Part shown: positions 17,185 through 25,984 of the stretch, piece by piece
How positions within the stretch are numbered: position 1 is the first letter of the stretch
Layout of the letters: each line of letters begins with the position of its first letter
Virus record (IMG/VR): IMGVR_UViG_2531839528_000015
Strand: one strand, 5' to 3'
Source of the DNA: a virus
Lineage: Duplodnaviria; Heunggongvirae; Uroviricota; Caudoviricetes
Length of the DNA: 32,429 nucleotides
Notes under the pieces: model-generated
Told to the model about the DNA's origin: nothing
Databases searched by the model: none
Seen by the model: only the letters and a program-made list of their open reading frames with translations
Translations under genes and position numbers: made by a program

Positions 17185-17387
17185 TGAAAGTCTACGCGAT
17201 GCAGGGCGACACCCTCGACGCGCTTTGCGCCCGGTATTACGGGCGCACTGAGGGCGTGGTCGAGACGGTGCTGCAGGCTAATCCCGGTCTGTCTGAGCTG
17301 GGCGTCATTCTGCCGCATGGCACGGCGATTGACCTGCCCGACGTGGCATCGTCACCCGTAACAGAAACTATCAACCTTTGGGAGTAA
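17184..17387 (+). CDS. X: Tail protein X (P2 gpX-like)
   Basis: Start moved to the internal ATG at 17184. Product begins MKVYAMQGDTLDALCARYYGRTEGVVETVLQANPGL. Confidence 0.8.
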   Translation: MKVYAMQGDTLDALCARYYGRTEGVVETVLQANPGLSELGVILPHGTAIDLPDVASSPVTETINLWE

Positions 17388-17390
17388 ACC

Positions 17391-17687
17391 ATGACAGAAG
17401 GGGAAAAAGGCGTCCTGTCACTGTTTGTGATTGGCGTGATGATTGTTGTCGGAAAAGTGCTGGCGGGTGGTGAGCCCATTACCCCGCGCCTGTTTATCGG
17501 CCGCATGCTGCTCGGCGGTTTTGTTTCAATGGTCGCCGGTGTTGTTCTGGTGCAGTTTCCAGATATGTCACTGCCTGCCGTTTGTGGGATTGGATCCATG
17601 CTCGGCATTGCAGGTTATCAGGTGGTGGAAATCGCCATTCAGCGCCGCTTTAAGTCACAACAGGGGGATAGCGATGCCGATCATTAA
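17391..17687 (+). CDS. Y: Holin (P2 gpY-like)
   Basis: 98 aa with hydrophobic helices and a charged C-terminus. GGAG precedes the ATG. Confidence 0.8.
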   Translation: MTEGEKGVLSLFVIGVMIVVGKVLAGGEPITPRLFIGRMLLGGFVSMVAGVVLVQFPDMSLPAVCGIGSMLGIAGYQVVEIAIQRRFKSQQGDSDADH

Positions 17688-18171
17688 TACTCACCAGAAT
17701 ATCGCCGCATTTCTGGACATGCTGGCCTATTCCGAAGGGACGGCGACGCATCCGCTGACGAAAAATCGTGGTTACGACGTCATTGTCACTGGCCTTGATG
17801 GCAAGCCGGAAATTTTCACCGACTACACCGACCACCCTTTCGCACATGGCAGACCAGCGAAAGTGTTTAATCGACGCGGCGAAAAATCCACGGCATCAGG
17901 GCGTTACCAGCAGCTTTATCTCTACTGGCCGCACTATCAGAAACAACTCGCATTGCCTGATTTCAGCCCGTTGTCGCAGGACAAACTTGCGATTCAGTTA
18001 ATCCGCGAACGCGGTGCCATTGAGGATATTAAGGCGGGGCGTATTGAGCGGGCAATTTCACGGTGCCGCAATATCTGGGCGTCGTTACCGGGTGCCGGTT
18101 ACGGCCAACGTGAGCACAGCCTCGACAAACTGGTCACCGTATGGCGCACCGCTGGCGGGGTAATGGAATGA
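17674..18171 (+). CDS. K: Endolysin (P2 gpK-like)
   Basis: Start moved to the ATG at 17674 (MPIINTHQNIAAFLDMLAYSEGTA...). Overlaps the holin stop. Confidence 0.85.
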   Translation: MPIINTHQNIAAFLDMLAYSEGTATHPLTKNRGYDVIVTGLDGKPEIFTDYTDHPFAHGRPAKVFNRRGEKSTASGRYQQLYLYWPHYQKQLALPDFSPLSQDKLAIQLIRERGAIEDIKAGRIERAISRCRNIWASLPGAGYGQREHSLDKLVTVWRTAGGVME

Positions 18172-18581
18172 AAATCCTGATTACACTTCTGGTGCTGACT
18201 GTGCTCGGGATGTTGTGGTTGCGCCATGAGAACGGCAATTTATCCCGCTCCTTTGAGACAGCAAACCGCGTCGCGAGCGAACAAAAGACGACGATTGGCA
18301 TGCTGAAAAATCAGCTCAGTGTTGCCGGTCAGCTTGCCAGACGTAATGAATCTGCGCAGGTGGCACTGCGTGAACAGCTCGCAAAGGCCAGCGAGGAAGC
18401 CAGCCGCCGCGAGCAATCAATAACGAGGTTACTTAATGAAAATGAAGCCTTTCGCCGCTGGTATAACGCTGCTTTACCTGATGTTGTGCGTCGGTTGCAC
18501 ACCCGACCCGCCTGCGCCAGCGCCGGTGATTGTGGTCAGCGGATGCCCGAGGGTGAGCCTTTGCCCGATGCCGGGCAGTGA
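18168..18581 (+). CDS. lysB: Spanin inner-membrane subunit (LysB/Rz-like)
   Basis: Start at ATG 18168 overlapping the K stop. N-terminal transmembrane helix MKILITLLVLTVLGMLWL followed by a charged region. Confidence 0.7.
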   Translation: MKILITLLVLTVLGMLWLRHENGNLSRSFETANRVASEQKTTIGMLKNQLSVAGQLARRNESAQVALREQLAKASEEASRREQSITRLLNENEAFRRWYNAALPDVVRRLHTRPACASAGDCGQRMPEGEPLPDAGQ

Positions 18582-18726
18582 CCCGAAAACCAATGGTGAC
18601 CTGAGCGCGGATATCCGCCGTCTTGAGGGCGCGCTGACTGCCTGCGCGCTGCAGGTCAAAACCGTCAAACACTGTCAGGATGAACTCGATGCAGAAGCAC
18701 AAAAGCCTGCGCAAGGCGCTGATTAA
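18436..18726 (+). CDS. lysC: Spanin outer-membrane lipoprotein subunit (LysC/Rz1-like)
   Basis: Begins inside lysB in another frame. Signal peptide with a lipobox-like LCVGC, then a Pro-rich stretch. Confidence 0.55.
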   Translation: MKMKPFAAGITLLYLMLCVGCTPDPPAPAPVIVVSGCPRVSLCPMPGSDPKTNGDLSADIRRLEGALTACALQVKTVKHCQDELDAEAQKPAQGAD

Positions 18727-19156
18727 CGCTGTACCCCAGCTCAGAAACAACCCCGATATGCTGCGTCTTTTCGCCGACAACGGGCATATCGATTCCCGAC
18801 TGGCGAGCTCGCTGTCGTTTGAAAAGGTGTACGTGCTTAACATGGTGGTGACCGACTTTACCGGCGACCTCGATTTGATATTCGTGCCAGTGCAGGCGTG
18901 GCTGCGTGAACATCAGCCGGACATTATGACCACCGACGACGGGCGGGAAAAAGGATTCACCTGGATTATTGATATCAATAACGACGATTCGCTCGATATC
19001 AGTATCAGCCTGAGGCTCACCGAGCGCACGCTCGTCAAAGAGGTCGACGGCGCGCTGCATGTCAGCTATGCCCCAGAGCCGCCGCTGCCTGAGCCGGTGA
19101 CGCGCCCGGTCGAGCTGTACGTTAATGGCGAACTGGTGAGTAAGTGGGATGAGTGA
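18680..19156 (+). CDS. R: Tail completion protein (P2 gpR-like)
   Basis: 158 aa at the P2 R position. An alternative start is the ATG at 18689. Confidence 0.8.
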   Translation: MNSMQKHKSLRKALINAVPQLRNNPDMLRLFADNGHIDSRLASSLSFEKVYVLNMVVTDFTGDLDLIFVPVQAWLREHQPDIMTTDDGREKGFTWIIDINNDDSLDISISLRLTERTLVKEVDGALHVSYAPEPPLPEPVTRPVELYVNGELVSKWDE

Positions 19157-19604
19157 GTTAACCGCGCTACAGGAACGTCTTGCCGGTCTGATTGCCAGCC
19201 TGTCACCGGCGGCGCGTCGGCAAATGGCGGCTGACATTGCAAAAAAACTGCGCGCCAGTCAGCAACAGCGCATTAAGCGCCAGCAGGCACCTGACGGCAC
19301 CCCGTATGCCGCCAGAAAGCGCCAGCCGGTGCGGAGCAAGAGAGGCCGTATCAGGCGCGAAATGTTCGCCAAACTGCGCAGCACTAACCGCTTTATGAAA
19401 GCCAAAGGCAGCGACAGTGCGGCAGTGGTGGAGTTTACCGACAAGGTACAGCGCATGGCGCGGGTGCATCAGTACGGCCTCAAAGACCGGCCAAACCGCA
19501 ACAGCCGGGATGTGCAGTACGAGGCACGCCCGTTGTTCGGTTTCACCCGGGACGATGAACTGCTTGTTGAGAAGCTAATAATCGGAGCTATTAGAAATGG
19601 TTAA
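19149..19604 (+). CDS. S: Tail completion protein (P2 gpS-like)
   Basis: 151 aa at the P2 S position, overlapping the R stop. Confidence 0.85.
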   Translation: MSELTALQERLAGLIASLSPAARRQMAADIAKKLRASQQQRIKRQQAPDGTPYAARKRQPVRSKRGRIRREMFAKLRSTNRFMKAKGSDSAAVVEFTDKVQRMARVHQYGLKDRPNRNSRDVQYEARPLFGFTRDDELLVEKLIIGAIRNG

Positions 19605-19656
19605 TTAACAAAAGCATGCTAACTCTTGACAATTTGACAACTAGAGTGCACCCTAA

Positions 19657-19682
19657 CGCCAGTCAATAGAGTGCGACTGGCG
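19657..19682. terminator. Stem-loop between convergent S and the pentapeptide-repeat gene
   Basis: Perfect 8-bp inverted repeat cgccagtc / gactggcg with a 10-nt loop. A weaker AAGATT-TT-AATCTT dyad lies at 19687-19700. No clean U-tract. Confidence 0.4.
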
Positions 19683-19721
19683 TCAAGGAAGATTTTAATC
19701 TTTCTTTAGTGGTTCGATTCC

Positions 19722-20597
19722 CTAGCCTCGTAAATATCGTTTAGTAAATTTCGTGTTTGGTCTGGATGATAGGATTTGTCTTTCTATTTCACTATCACAG
19801 TCTATATAGTCTAGTGTATTAGCTTCTATAAGTTTGTTCACGTCAATATTTTTTGCATCGATTATGTTGGCATTTCTAAGGTTTGCATTGGTGTATTCCA
19901 CTTTATCCAAATCACACTCTCTGAGTACGCAACTTTTCATTTCCGCATTGGAAAAATCCCCACCATATAAATAGCAGCCTTCAAAAATAACACCGTTTAA
20001 CTTTGAATCCTGAGCTTTAATATTTTTTATTTTACACTTTATAAATTTTACGTTTTTCATTTTGCTCTTGCTAATATTTAATGCCTGGATTGTACATCCA
20101 GTGAAAGAACAGTCTCTTATGTTAGATTTTTCCATATTTAACCCAGATAGTTCTGAGGTTTTAAAGTGTAAGTATTTAATGGTAAAAAGGTCACCCAACT
20201 CCATTCTGGGTATGTCTATATTGAAGACACCTTTATTGTTGAGCTGTCTTATTATTTTTATTTTTTGTATTTTCAAATCAACATTAACGTGCTTAGCTAA
20301 GTTTCCCAAATCCTCAAGAAGTTCATTAATCGTTTCTTTGTTTTGTCTTCTGTATTCAAAGTAATAAAGGATGACACCTAATACAAAAAAATCCAAAATG
20401 GATGAATTTGCATTTATTAGGAACCCAGACAGGAATGAATCATTGTAATTACCATAGTGTATAGAGGCAAGTGTTACGCCAAATGCATATAAAATAAAAA
20501 TAATAAACACGTGCTTCATTTTGCATAAGGATTGTATTATTGGTTTTATGGCATCAATTTTGTTCATTGCTGCAGCAGCGAAAGATTTAAAAGTCAT
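19722..20597 (-). CDS. Membrane-anchored pentapeptide-repeat protein (AT-rich moron at the P2 orf30 position between S and V)
   Basis: 291 aa. Two hydrophobic helices (VFIIFILYAFGVTLASI and ILDFFVLGVILYYF), then pentapeptide-repeat-like sequence (NISKSKMKNVKFIKCKIKNIKAQDSKLNGVIFEGCYLYGGDFSNAEMKSCVLRECDLDKVEYTNANLRNANII). Opposite strand to both neighbours. Confidence 0.7.
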   Translation of the reverse strand: MTFKSFAAAAMNKIDAIKPIIQSLCKMKHVFIIFILYAFGVTLASIHYGNYNDSFLSGFLINANSSILDFFVLGVILYYFEYRRQNKETINELLEDLGNLAKHVNVDLKIQKIKIIRQLNNKGVFNIDIPRMELGDLFTIKYLHFKTSELSGLNMEKSNIRDCSFTGCTIQALNISKSKMKNVKFIKCKIKNIKAQDSKLNGVIFEGCYLYGGDFSNAEMKSCVLRECDLDKVEYTNANLRNANIIDAKNIDVNKLIEANTLDYIDCDSEIERQILSSRPNTKFTKRYLRG

Positions 20598-20750
20598 TCT
20601 ATTTTTAATGCATTCAGATTAAATGGGATTGATGATTTTTACGTGCCCAATGATGCGTGTCAATCAGATCTTTGAAAGTGTCTTGCTGTGTGAGCCCCTT
20701 TCCAATCCCGAAGTTTTGTCTGCAATGAAAAGAAGCGGCATGCTTACATA

Positions 20751-21386
20751 ATGAATACATCAAATATCATTCAAGAGCTTGCCCGTGCAATACGCAACCT
20801 CATTCGCACAGGGGTGGTGACTGAGGTCGATACCGTGCAGGGGCTGTGCCGTGTACAAAGCGGCGGGATCCAGACTACATGGCTGAACTGGCTGACCACC
20901 CGAGCCGGTCGTTCGCGGACGTGGTGGGCTCCCTCGGTCGGTGAGCAGGTTCTGCTGCTGGCAATCGGTGGCGAGCTTGATACCGCTTTCGTGCTGCCGG
21001 GTATTTTCTCCGACGATAACCCCGCCCCGTCTGCCTCGGCGGATGCGTGGCATGTGGCTTTCCCTGATGGTGCGGTCATTGAGTACGAGCCCGAGGCCGG
21101 CGCGCTGACGGCCAGCGGTATCAAAACTGCCGACGTGACGGCATCGGAGTCCATCACTGCAACCGTACCGCTGGTACTGGTGAAAGCCTCGACCAGTATC
21201 ACCCTCGACACCCCGGAGGTGATTTGCACCAATAAGCTGACGACAGCGACGCTTGAGGTACAAAAAGGCGGCAAGATGAGCGGCAATATCGAACATACCG
21301 GCGGGTCACTGTCGTCTAATGGCAAGGTACTCCACACCCATAAACACCCAGGCGACAGCGGCGGGCAAACGGGGGCACCGTTATGA
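20751..21386 (+). CDS. V: Baseplate spike/assembly protein (P2 gpV-like)
   Basis: 211 aa, the size and position of P2 V. Confidence 0.9.
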   Translation: MNTSNIIQELARAIRNLIRTGVVTEVDTVQGLCRVQSGGIQTTWLNWLTTRAGRSRTWWAPSVGEQVLLLAIGGELDTAFVLPGIFSDDNPAPSASADAWHVAFPDGAVIEYEPEAGALTASGIKTADVTASESITATVPLVLVKASTSITLDTPEVICTNKLTTATLEVQKGGKMSGNIEHTGGSLSSNGKVLHTHKHPGDSGGQTGAPL

Positions 21387-21730
21387 CGGCGCGCTATCAG
21401 GGTATGAACCGAAATACCGGCCTCGGCATCAGCGACACTGAGCACATCAGCCAGAGCATGCGCGACATACTGCTGACGCCGGTCGGCTCGCGGGTGATGC
21501 GCCGTGAATATGGCTCGCTTCTGTCGGCGCTGATTGATATGCCGCAAAACCCGGCGCTCAGGCTGCAAATTATGGTGGCGTGCTATTCGGCTATCCAGAA
21601 GTGGGAGCCGCGCATCAGGCTTACCTCCATCAACTTTGAGACCGGCGACGCTGGCGAAATGTATGTCGATATTACCGGGATGCGTACCGATACCGGTGCG
21701 TCAGTTTCAACCACTGTTTCACTGAGTTAA
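21383..21730 (+). CDS. W: Baseplate protein (P2 gpW-like, GPW/gp25 family)
   Basis: 115 aa, overlapping the V stop. Confidence 0.85.
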   Translation: MTARYQGMNRNTGLGISDTEHISQSMRDILLTPVGSRVMRREYGSLLSALIDMPQNPALRLQIMVACYSAIQKWEPRIRLTSINFETGDAGEMYVDITGMRTDTGASVSTTVSLS

Positions 21731-21736
21731 ATCACT

Positions 21737-22645
21737 ATGGCAACCGTTGACCTGAGTCAGTTACCCGTTCCCGATGTGGTTGAGGAACTGGACTATGAAA
21801 CTATCCTTGCGGAACGCATTGCGACGCTGATTTCGCTCTATCCCGAAGACCAGCAGGAGGCCATTGCCCGGACGCTCACACTTGAGTCAGAGCCGATTGT
21901 TAAGCTGCTGCAGGAAAACGCCTACCGTGAAGTTATCTGGCGTCAGCGGGTGAACGAAGCCGCGCAGGCGGTGACGCTGGCCTACTCCGCCGGTAACGAC
22001 CTCGACGTCGTAGCCGGGAACAATAATACCGAACGCCTGACCATCACCCCGGCGGATGATACCACCATCCCGCCGACACCTGCCGTTATGGAATCTGATA
22101 CCGACCTGCGACTGCGCACGCAACAGGCGTTTGAGGGATTGAGCGTGGCGGGTCCGGTCGGTGCATATGAGTATCACGGCCGCAGCGCCGACGGGCGGGT
22201 CGCTGACGTTTCGGTCGCCAGCCCGTCGCCAGCCTGCGTGACGATTACCGTGCTATCGCGTGAGGGGGACGGCACTGCCAGCCCTGAGCTACTGGCGATT
22301 GTTGATAAAGCGCTGAACGCCGAAGATGTGCGCCCGGTAGCTGACCGGGTGACCGTCCAGTCAGCCGAGATTGTGCCGTACCAGATTGACGCGACGATCT
22401 ACGTTTACCCCGGCCCCGAATCTGAACCCATCAGGCAGGCGTCAGAGCAGAAGTTGCAGAGCTACATCAGCGCGCAGCACCGCCTCGGGCGTGATATCCG
22501 TCTGTCAGCCATTTATGCGGCGCTGCATGTTGAGGGGGTGCAGCGTGTCGAGCTGACATCACCGCAGGCCGACATAGTGCTGAGTAAGTCGCAGGCGTCG
22601 AACTGTACCGAGTACCAGATAACTATCGGGGGCTCGGATGAATGA
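21737..22645 (+). CDS. J: Baseplate assembly protein (P2 gpJ-like)
   Basis: 302 aa, the size and position of P2 J. Confidence 0.9.
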   Translation: MATVDLSQLPVPDVVEELDYETILAERIATLISLYPEDQQEAIARTLTLESEPIVKLLQENAYREVIWRQRVNEAAQAVTLAYSAGNDLDVVAGNNNTERLTITPADDTTIPPTPAVMESDTDLRLRTQQAFEGLSVAGPVGAYEYHGRSADGRVADVSVASPSPACVTITVLSREGDGTASPELLAIVDKALNAEDVRPVADRVTVQSAEIVPYQIDATIYVYPGPESEPIRQASEQKLQSYISAQHRLGRDIRLSAIYAALHVEGVQRVELTSPQADIVLSKSQASNCTEYQITIGGSDE

Positions 22646-23246
22646 CCGGCTATTACCCGTTGGCTCGTCGCCGCTGGAGGTTGCCGCCGCTGCCGCGCTC
22701 TCTGAGATTCAGCGTGTGCCGGTACCGCTGCGCACTCTGTGGAACTGGCGCACCTGCCCGGTAAAACTGCTGCCGTATCTGGCGTGGGCGCTGTCGGTCG
22801 ACAGGTGGGATGAGAAATGGCCGGAGGCGACAAAGCGTAGCGTCTGCGCGTCCTCGTTTTTCGTCCATCAGCACAAAGGCACCATTAGCGCATTGCGTCG
22901 GGTGGTTGAGCCGCTCGGCTTTCTGATTGAAGTGCGCGAGTGGTGGCAGCTCAACGAGGAGCCAGGCACATTCCGCCTCGTTGTCGGCGTGCTCGATAGC
23001 GGCATTACTGACGAAATGTATCAGGAGCTTGAGCGCCTGATTGAAGACGCCAAACCGGCAAGTCGCCACCTGACCGGGCTGGCTATCAGTCTGAGCTCGA
23101 CCGGCGAACTGTATGTCGGCGCGGGATGCTATCACGGCGACGCGCTGACTGTTTACCCCTACACCCCCGAGGAGATTGTCGTCGGCGGTGAATATTACCC
23201 GGCCTCGGCCATCCATTTGATTGATAACCTGAGAGTGAACGCATGA
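22638..23246 (+). CDS. I: Baseplate/tail protein (P2 gpI-like)
   Basis: 202 aa, overlapping the J stop. Confidence 0.85.
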   Translation: MNDRLLPVGSSPLEVAAAAALSEIQRVPVPLRTLWNWRTCPVKLLPYLAWALSVDRWDEKWPEATKRSVCASSFFVHQHKGTISALRRVVEPLGFLIEVREWWQLNEEPGTFRLVVGVLDSGITDEMYQELERLIEDAKPASRHLTGLAISLSSTGELYVGAGCYHGDALTVYPYTPEEIVVGGEYYPASAIHLIDNLRVNA

Positions 23247-24199
23247 CCGCAAAATATTTTGCCATTCTGACCAATCAGGGCGCGGCGCGGCTGGCGAACG
23301 CGGCGGCACTCGGTACCAAACTCAACCTGACGCAGATGGCCGTCGGTGATGCGAATGGTACGTTGCCGACCCCTGACCCGGCGCAGACGAAGCTCATTAA
23401 CCAGAAACGCATCGCGCCGCTGAACCTGCTGACCGTTGACCCGGCCAATACCAGTCAGATTATCGCGGAACAGATTATTCCCGAGAATGAAGGTGGTTTC
23501 TGGATCCGCGAGATTGGTCTCTATGACGATGATGGTATTCTGATTGCCGTGGCGAACTGTCCGGAGACCTACAAGCCACAACTGCAGGAGGGAAGCGGTC
23601 GCACGCAGACCATTCGCATGATTCTGATTGTGTCGAGCACATCGGCAATCACCCTGAAAATCGACCCGGCAGTCGTGCTGGCAACGCGCCAGTATGTCGA
23701 CGACAAGATTATCGAGGTGAAAGGATATGCTGATGACCTGATGAAAAAACATGTTGAGGCCGCCAATCCACACAAGCAGTACCCGTTAATCGCTAATGCT
23801 CTGAAAGAAATGGTTGACGCGGGACTGGCCGGCGACGTTCTTAAAAACCTTGGTTTGGGGGAATTGGCTCTGGCTGGCGCAACAACCGGCGCTATGTTGG
23901 TGAATGGGTATGTAGCAATTCCATTAATTATTTCTGGCGTTCGGAGACCACTTATTATCCAGTGGGGAGTGGGGCAGTTTGGGGGAAGTCTGGGGGATGA
24001 TGCGGGATATTTAAACAATTTCCCTTTCGCTTTTCCGTCGGCGTGCTACGTGATGGTTGCCAGCCACGTGGGGCATACACCTTCGGGTGCCGGAATACTA
24101 TCTGCTTCCGCAATCACAAAAAGCGGCTTTCGTGGTTTTTCCAGCGTAGCGACTGCCGCAAATCCTGTATCGGGCTGTTATGTTGCTATAGGAGGGTGA
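23243..24199 (+). CDS. H: Tail fibre protein (P2 gpH-like): conserved N-terminal part fused to the currently expressed variable C-terminal part
   Basis: 318 aa, begins MTAKYFAILTNQGAARLANAAALGTKLNLTQMAVGDANGTLPTP. A hix-like crossover site lies inside the ORF at 23838-23863. Confidence 0.85.
   Translation: MTAKYFAILTNQGAARLANAAALGTKLNLTQMAVGDANGTLPTPDPAQTKLINQKRIAPLNLLTVDPANTSQIIAEQIIPENEGGFWIREIGLYDDDGILIAVANCPETYKPQLQEGSGRTQTIRMILIVSSTSAITLKIDPAVVLATRQYVDDKIIEVKGYADDLMKKHVEAANPHKQYPLIANALKEMVDAGLAGDVLKNLGLGELALAGATTGAMLVNGYVAIPLIISGVRRPLIIQWGVGQFGGSLGDDAGYLNNFPFAFPSACYVMVASHVGHTPSGAGILSASAITKSGFRGFSSVATAANPVSGCYVAIGG
23838..23863. other. Candidate invertase crossover site 1 (hix/gix/cix-like) inside H
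   Basis: ttcttaaaaaccttggtttgggggaa resembles hixL (TTCTTGAAAACCAAGGTTTTTGATAA, from memory), with a central TT. Confidence 0.6.
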
Positions 24200-24200
24200 T

Positions 24201-24635
24201 GTGTTTTTTAGTCCATCTTTAAATATTTTTGTGAATCCTGCGCTTAAGGATGACTACATCAATGTAAATTCATGGCCAGATGATGCTGTTGAAGTTGATG
24301 AGCAGGTGTATATTGAGTTTTCCGGATTACCGCCGAAAGGAAAAATCCGTATCGCTGGGGAAAATGGTTTTCCTGCATGGTCTGAAATTCCACCACCAAC
24401 GCATGAGGAACAGATTGCCGCAGCCGAATTGAAAAAACAGCAATTGATTAATCAGTCCAACGAATATATGAATACCAAGCAATGGCCTGGTAAAGCGGCT
24501 ATTGGTCGTCTGAAAGGTGAGGAACTGGCGCAATATAATTTGTGGCTGGATTATCTGGACGCACTGGAACTGGTTGATACCTCCAGTGCTCCAGATATTG
24601 AATGGCCTACGCCTCCGGCAGTTCAGGCCAGATGA
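24201..24635 (+). CDS. Tail fibre assembly chaperone (Tfa, P2 gpG-like)
   Basis: GTG start with GGAGGG upstream. C-terminus ...LDYLDALELVDTSSAPDIEWPTPP matches the C-terminus of the convergent Tfa'. Confidence 0.8.
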   Translation: MFFSPSLNIFVNPALKDDYINVNSWPDDAVEVDEQVYIEFSGLPPKGKIRIAGENGFPAWSEIPPPTHEEQIAAAELKKQQLINQSNEYMNTKQWPGKAAIGRLKGEELAQYNLWLDYLDALELVDTSSAPDIEWPTPPAVQAR

Positions 24636-25200
24636 TATCCGGCGCGGTGCTGGTATCTGTTGCCGTCACCGCGTCAATGTAATCCAGCACGGCGTTAAGT
24701 CGGGTTGTTTCTGCCTGAGTCAGTTTCCGTCCGGCCTGTAATTTCAGCTGAATCAGACTGATGGAAGCCATTGCAGCATCAATCAGTGACTGGCGCTGTG
24801 CTTCTGCCGCTTCTACTGCGGCACCGTGTTGTGCCTCAGTATCTGTCACCCATTTCTCACCATCCCATTTATCATATGGCGTTAACGGTGAAATCGTGAC
24901 ATAACCGTCTTTGATGGCACCGATATAATCCACTGTAACAGCTGCGCCATTTTCGATTAAGTAAACAGTCTCATTGCGATGGTCTTCTTCATGGCTCCAT
25001 CCCTTACCTGTAAATACTGCCACTCTTCCCGGAATGTTTTCGCCAGGGTCAATACCAGTGGAACAGGCGGGCATACTTACGCCAGTATTAATATATTCAT
25101 CAGACCAGCCCGTATACTCAGATGTTTCAGCATCATAATAAAAACAACGCATATCGCCCGGCACTGTAGCCAGCCCATTTTCATCAAAAACAGGTTTCAT
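24607..25200 (-). CDS. Alternative tail fibre assembly chaperone (Tfa') in the inverted orientation
   Basis: 197 aa. C-terminus ...LDYIDAVTATDTSTAPDIIWPELP. Converges on and overlaps the Tfa 3' end. Confidence 0.75.
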   Translation of the reverse strand: MKPVFDENGLATVPGDMRCFYYDAETSEYTGWSDEYINTGVSMPACSTGIDPGENIPGRVAVFTGKGWSHEEDHRNETVYLIENGAAVTVDYIGAIKDGYVTISPLTPYDKWDGEKWVTDTEAQHGAAVEAAEAQRQSLIDAAMASISLIQLKLQAGRKLTQAETTRLNAVLDYIDAVTATDTSTAPDIIWPELPEA

Positions 25201-25652
25201 TATTTAGCCCTCACCAGAAAGTTAAATGCAATATTTCGCGGTCTGACAGCAACAAAATTCACACCATCACCCACAGAGTTACTGGTGAAATTAAATCGTG
25301 AAAATCCTGGCTGATTTCCGGCGATGCCATCATGAAAGTTAATTGCGTGTCCCGCACCTCCGCCTATATTCCCGGCAAACTGAGAAAAGTTTGTAGCTTC
25401 CTGCCAGCTTAATAATTCGCGACCACCGTCTGCACCTCGCCCGTCATCCCAGATACGAATGAAATCACCGCGGGCTTCAGGTAATACCAGCGAAGGAAAC
25501 ACTTTCGCCAGCACAGGATAATCAGTGGCAGAGAATTTCGCGCCGTTGAACTTCAAAAACACCATACTGGACCAGCTGTCGATTACAGTATTTGGCATTG
25601 CAGCGGACGGCCAGAAGAACGGAACGCCAATAGCTGGAGCACCTTCTCCCAA
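25200..25652 (-). CDS. Silent alternative tail-fibre C-terminal segment (Hv')
   Basis: 150-aa frame with no ATG (the track start is TTG). It opens LGEGAPAIG directly inside crossover site 2, and an in-frame stop lies just upstream, so it is expressed only after inversion. Confidence 0.7.
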   Translation of the reverse strand: MGEGAPAIGVPFFWPSAAMPNTVIDSWSSMVFLKFNGAKFSATDYPVLAKVFPSLVLPEARGDFIRIWDDGRGADGGRELLSWQEATNFSQFAGNIGGGAGHAINFHDGIAGNQPGFSRFNFTSNSVGDGVNFVAVRPRNIAFNFLVRAK

Positions 25653-25670
25653 ACCAACCTTTTAGAAAAC
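25645..25670. other. Candidate invertase crossover site 2, inverted relative to site 1
   Basis: Reverse complement gttttctaaaaggttggtttgggagaa matches site 1 at about 21 of 27 positions. Central dinucleotide is AA on the + strand. Confidence 0.55.
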
Positions 25671-25723
25671 GCAGATATTCCGTTCAGCTGGCATGATCCC
25701 GACTTTTTACCGGGTTATTTCTC

Positions 25724-25965
25724 ATGTTTATCGGTTATGTACGTGTATCAACAAATGACCAGAACACCGCATTACAGCGAAATGAACTGGAGTGCGCAGG
25801 ATGTGAGCTGATTTTCGAAGATAAAATCAGCGGCAAAACATCAGACTGGCCGGGCTAAAGAGGTTACTCAGAACCTTGTCAGAGGGCGATACGCTTGTGG
25901 TCTGGAAACTGGATCGCCTCGGGTATCTCAACGCTATACAAAAAATTTCCCGCATCCGTTGCTGA
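25724..25965 (+). pseudogene. Serine DNA invertase (Hin/Gin/Cin/Pin family) remnant, frameshifted and C-terminally truncated
   Basis: ATG 25724 gives MFIGYVRVSTNDQNTALQRNELECAGCELIFEDKISGKTSDWPG, then TAA at 25856. A second frame continues GDTLVVWKLDRLG to TGA at 25963-25965. The HTH domain is missing, and only about 80 of the expected 190 residues are present. Confidence 0.75.
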
Positions 25966-25984
25966 TGTCTCAATGTGTCAGACA
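25966..25984 (+). promoter_or_regulatory. Candidate Ogr-type late promoter dyad upstream of FI
   Basis: TGTCT-N9-AGACA dyad (TGT-N13-ACA) about 80 bp upstream of the FI start. The P2 late-promoter consensus as I recall it is TGT-N12-ACA. Confidence 0.3.

Noticed and set aside
19711-19721. GGTTCGATTCC, resembling a tRNA T-loop, just past the stop of the pentapeptide-repeat gene.
   Set aside because: The flanking bases do not form a T-stem (AGTGG versus CCCTA), and no acceptor or anticodon arms are present. It is at most a tRNA fragment or chance.
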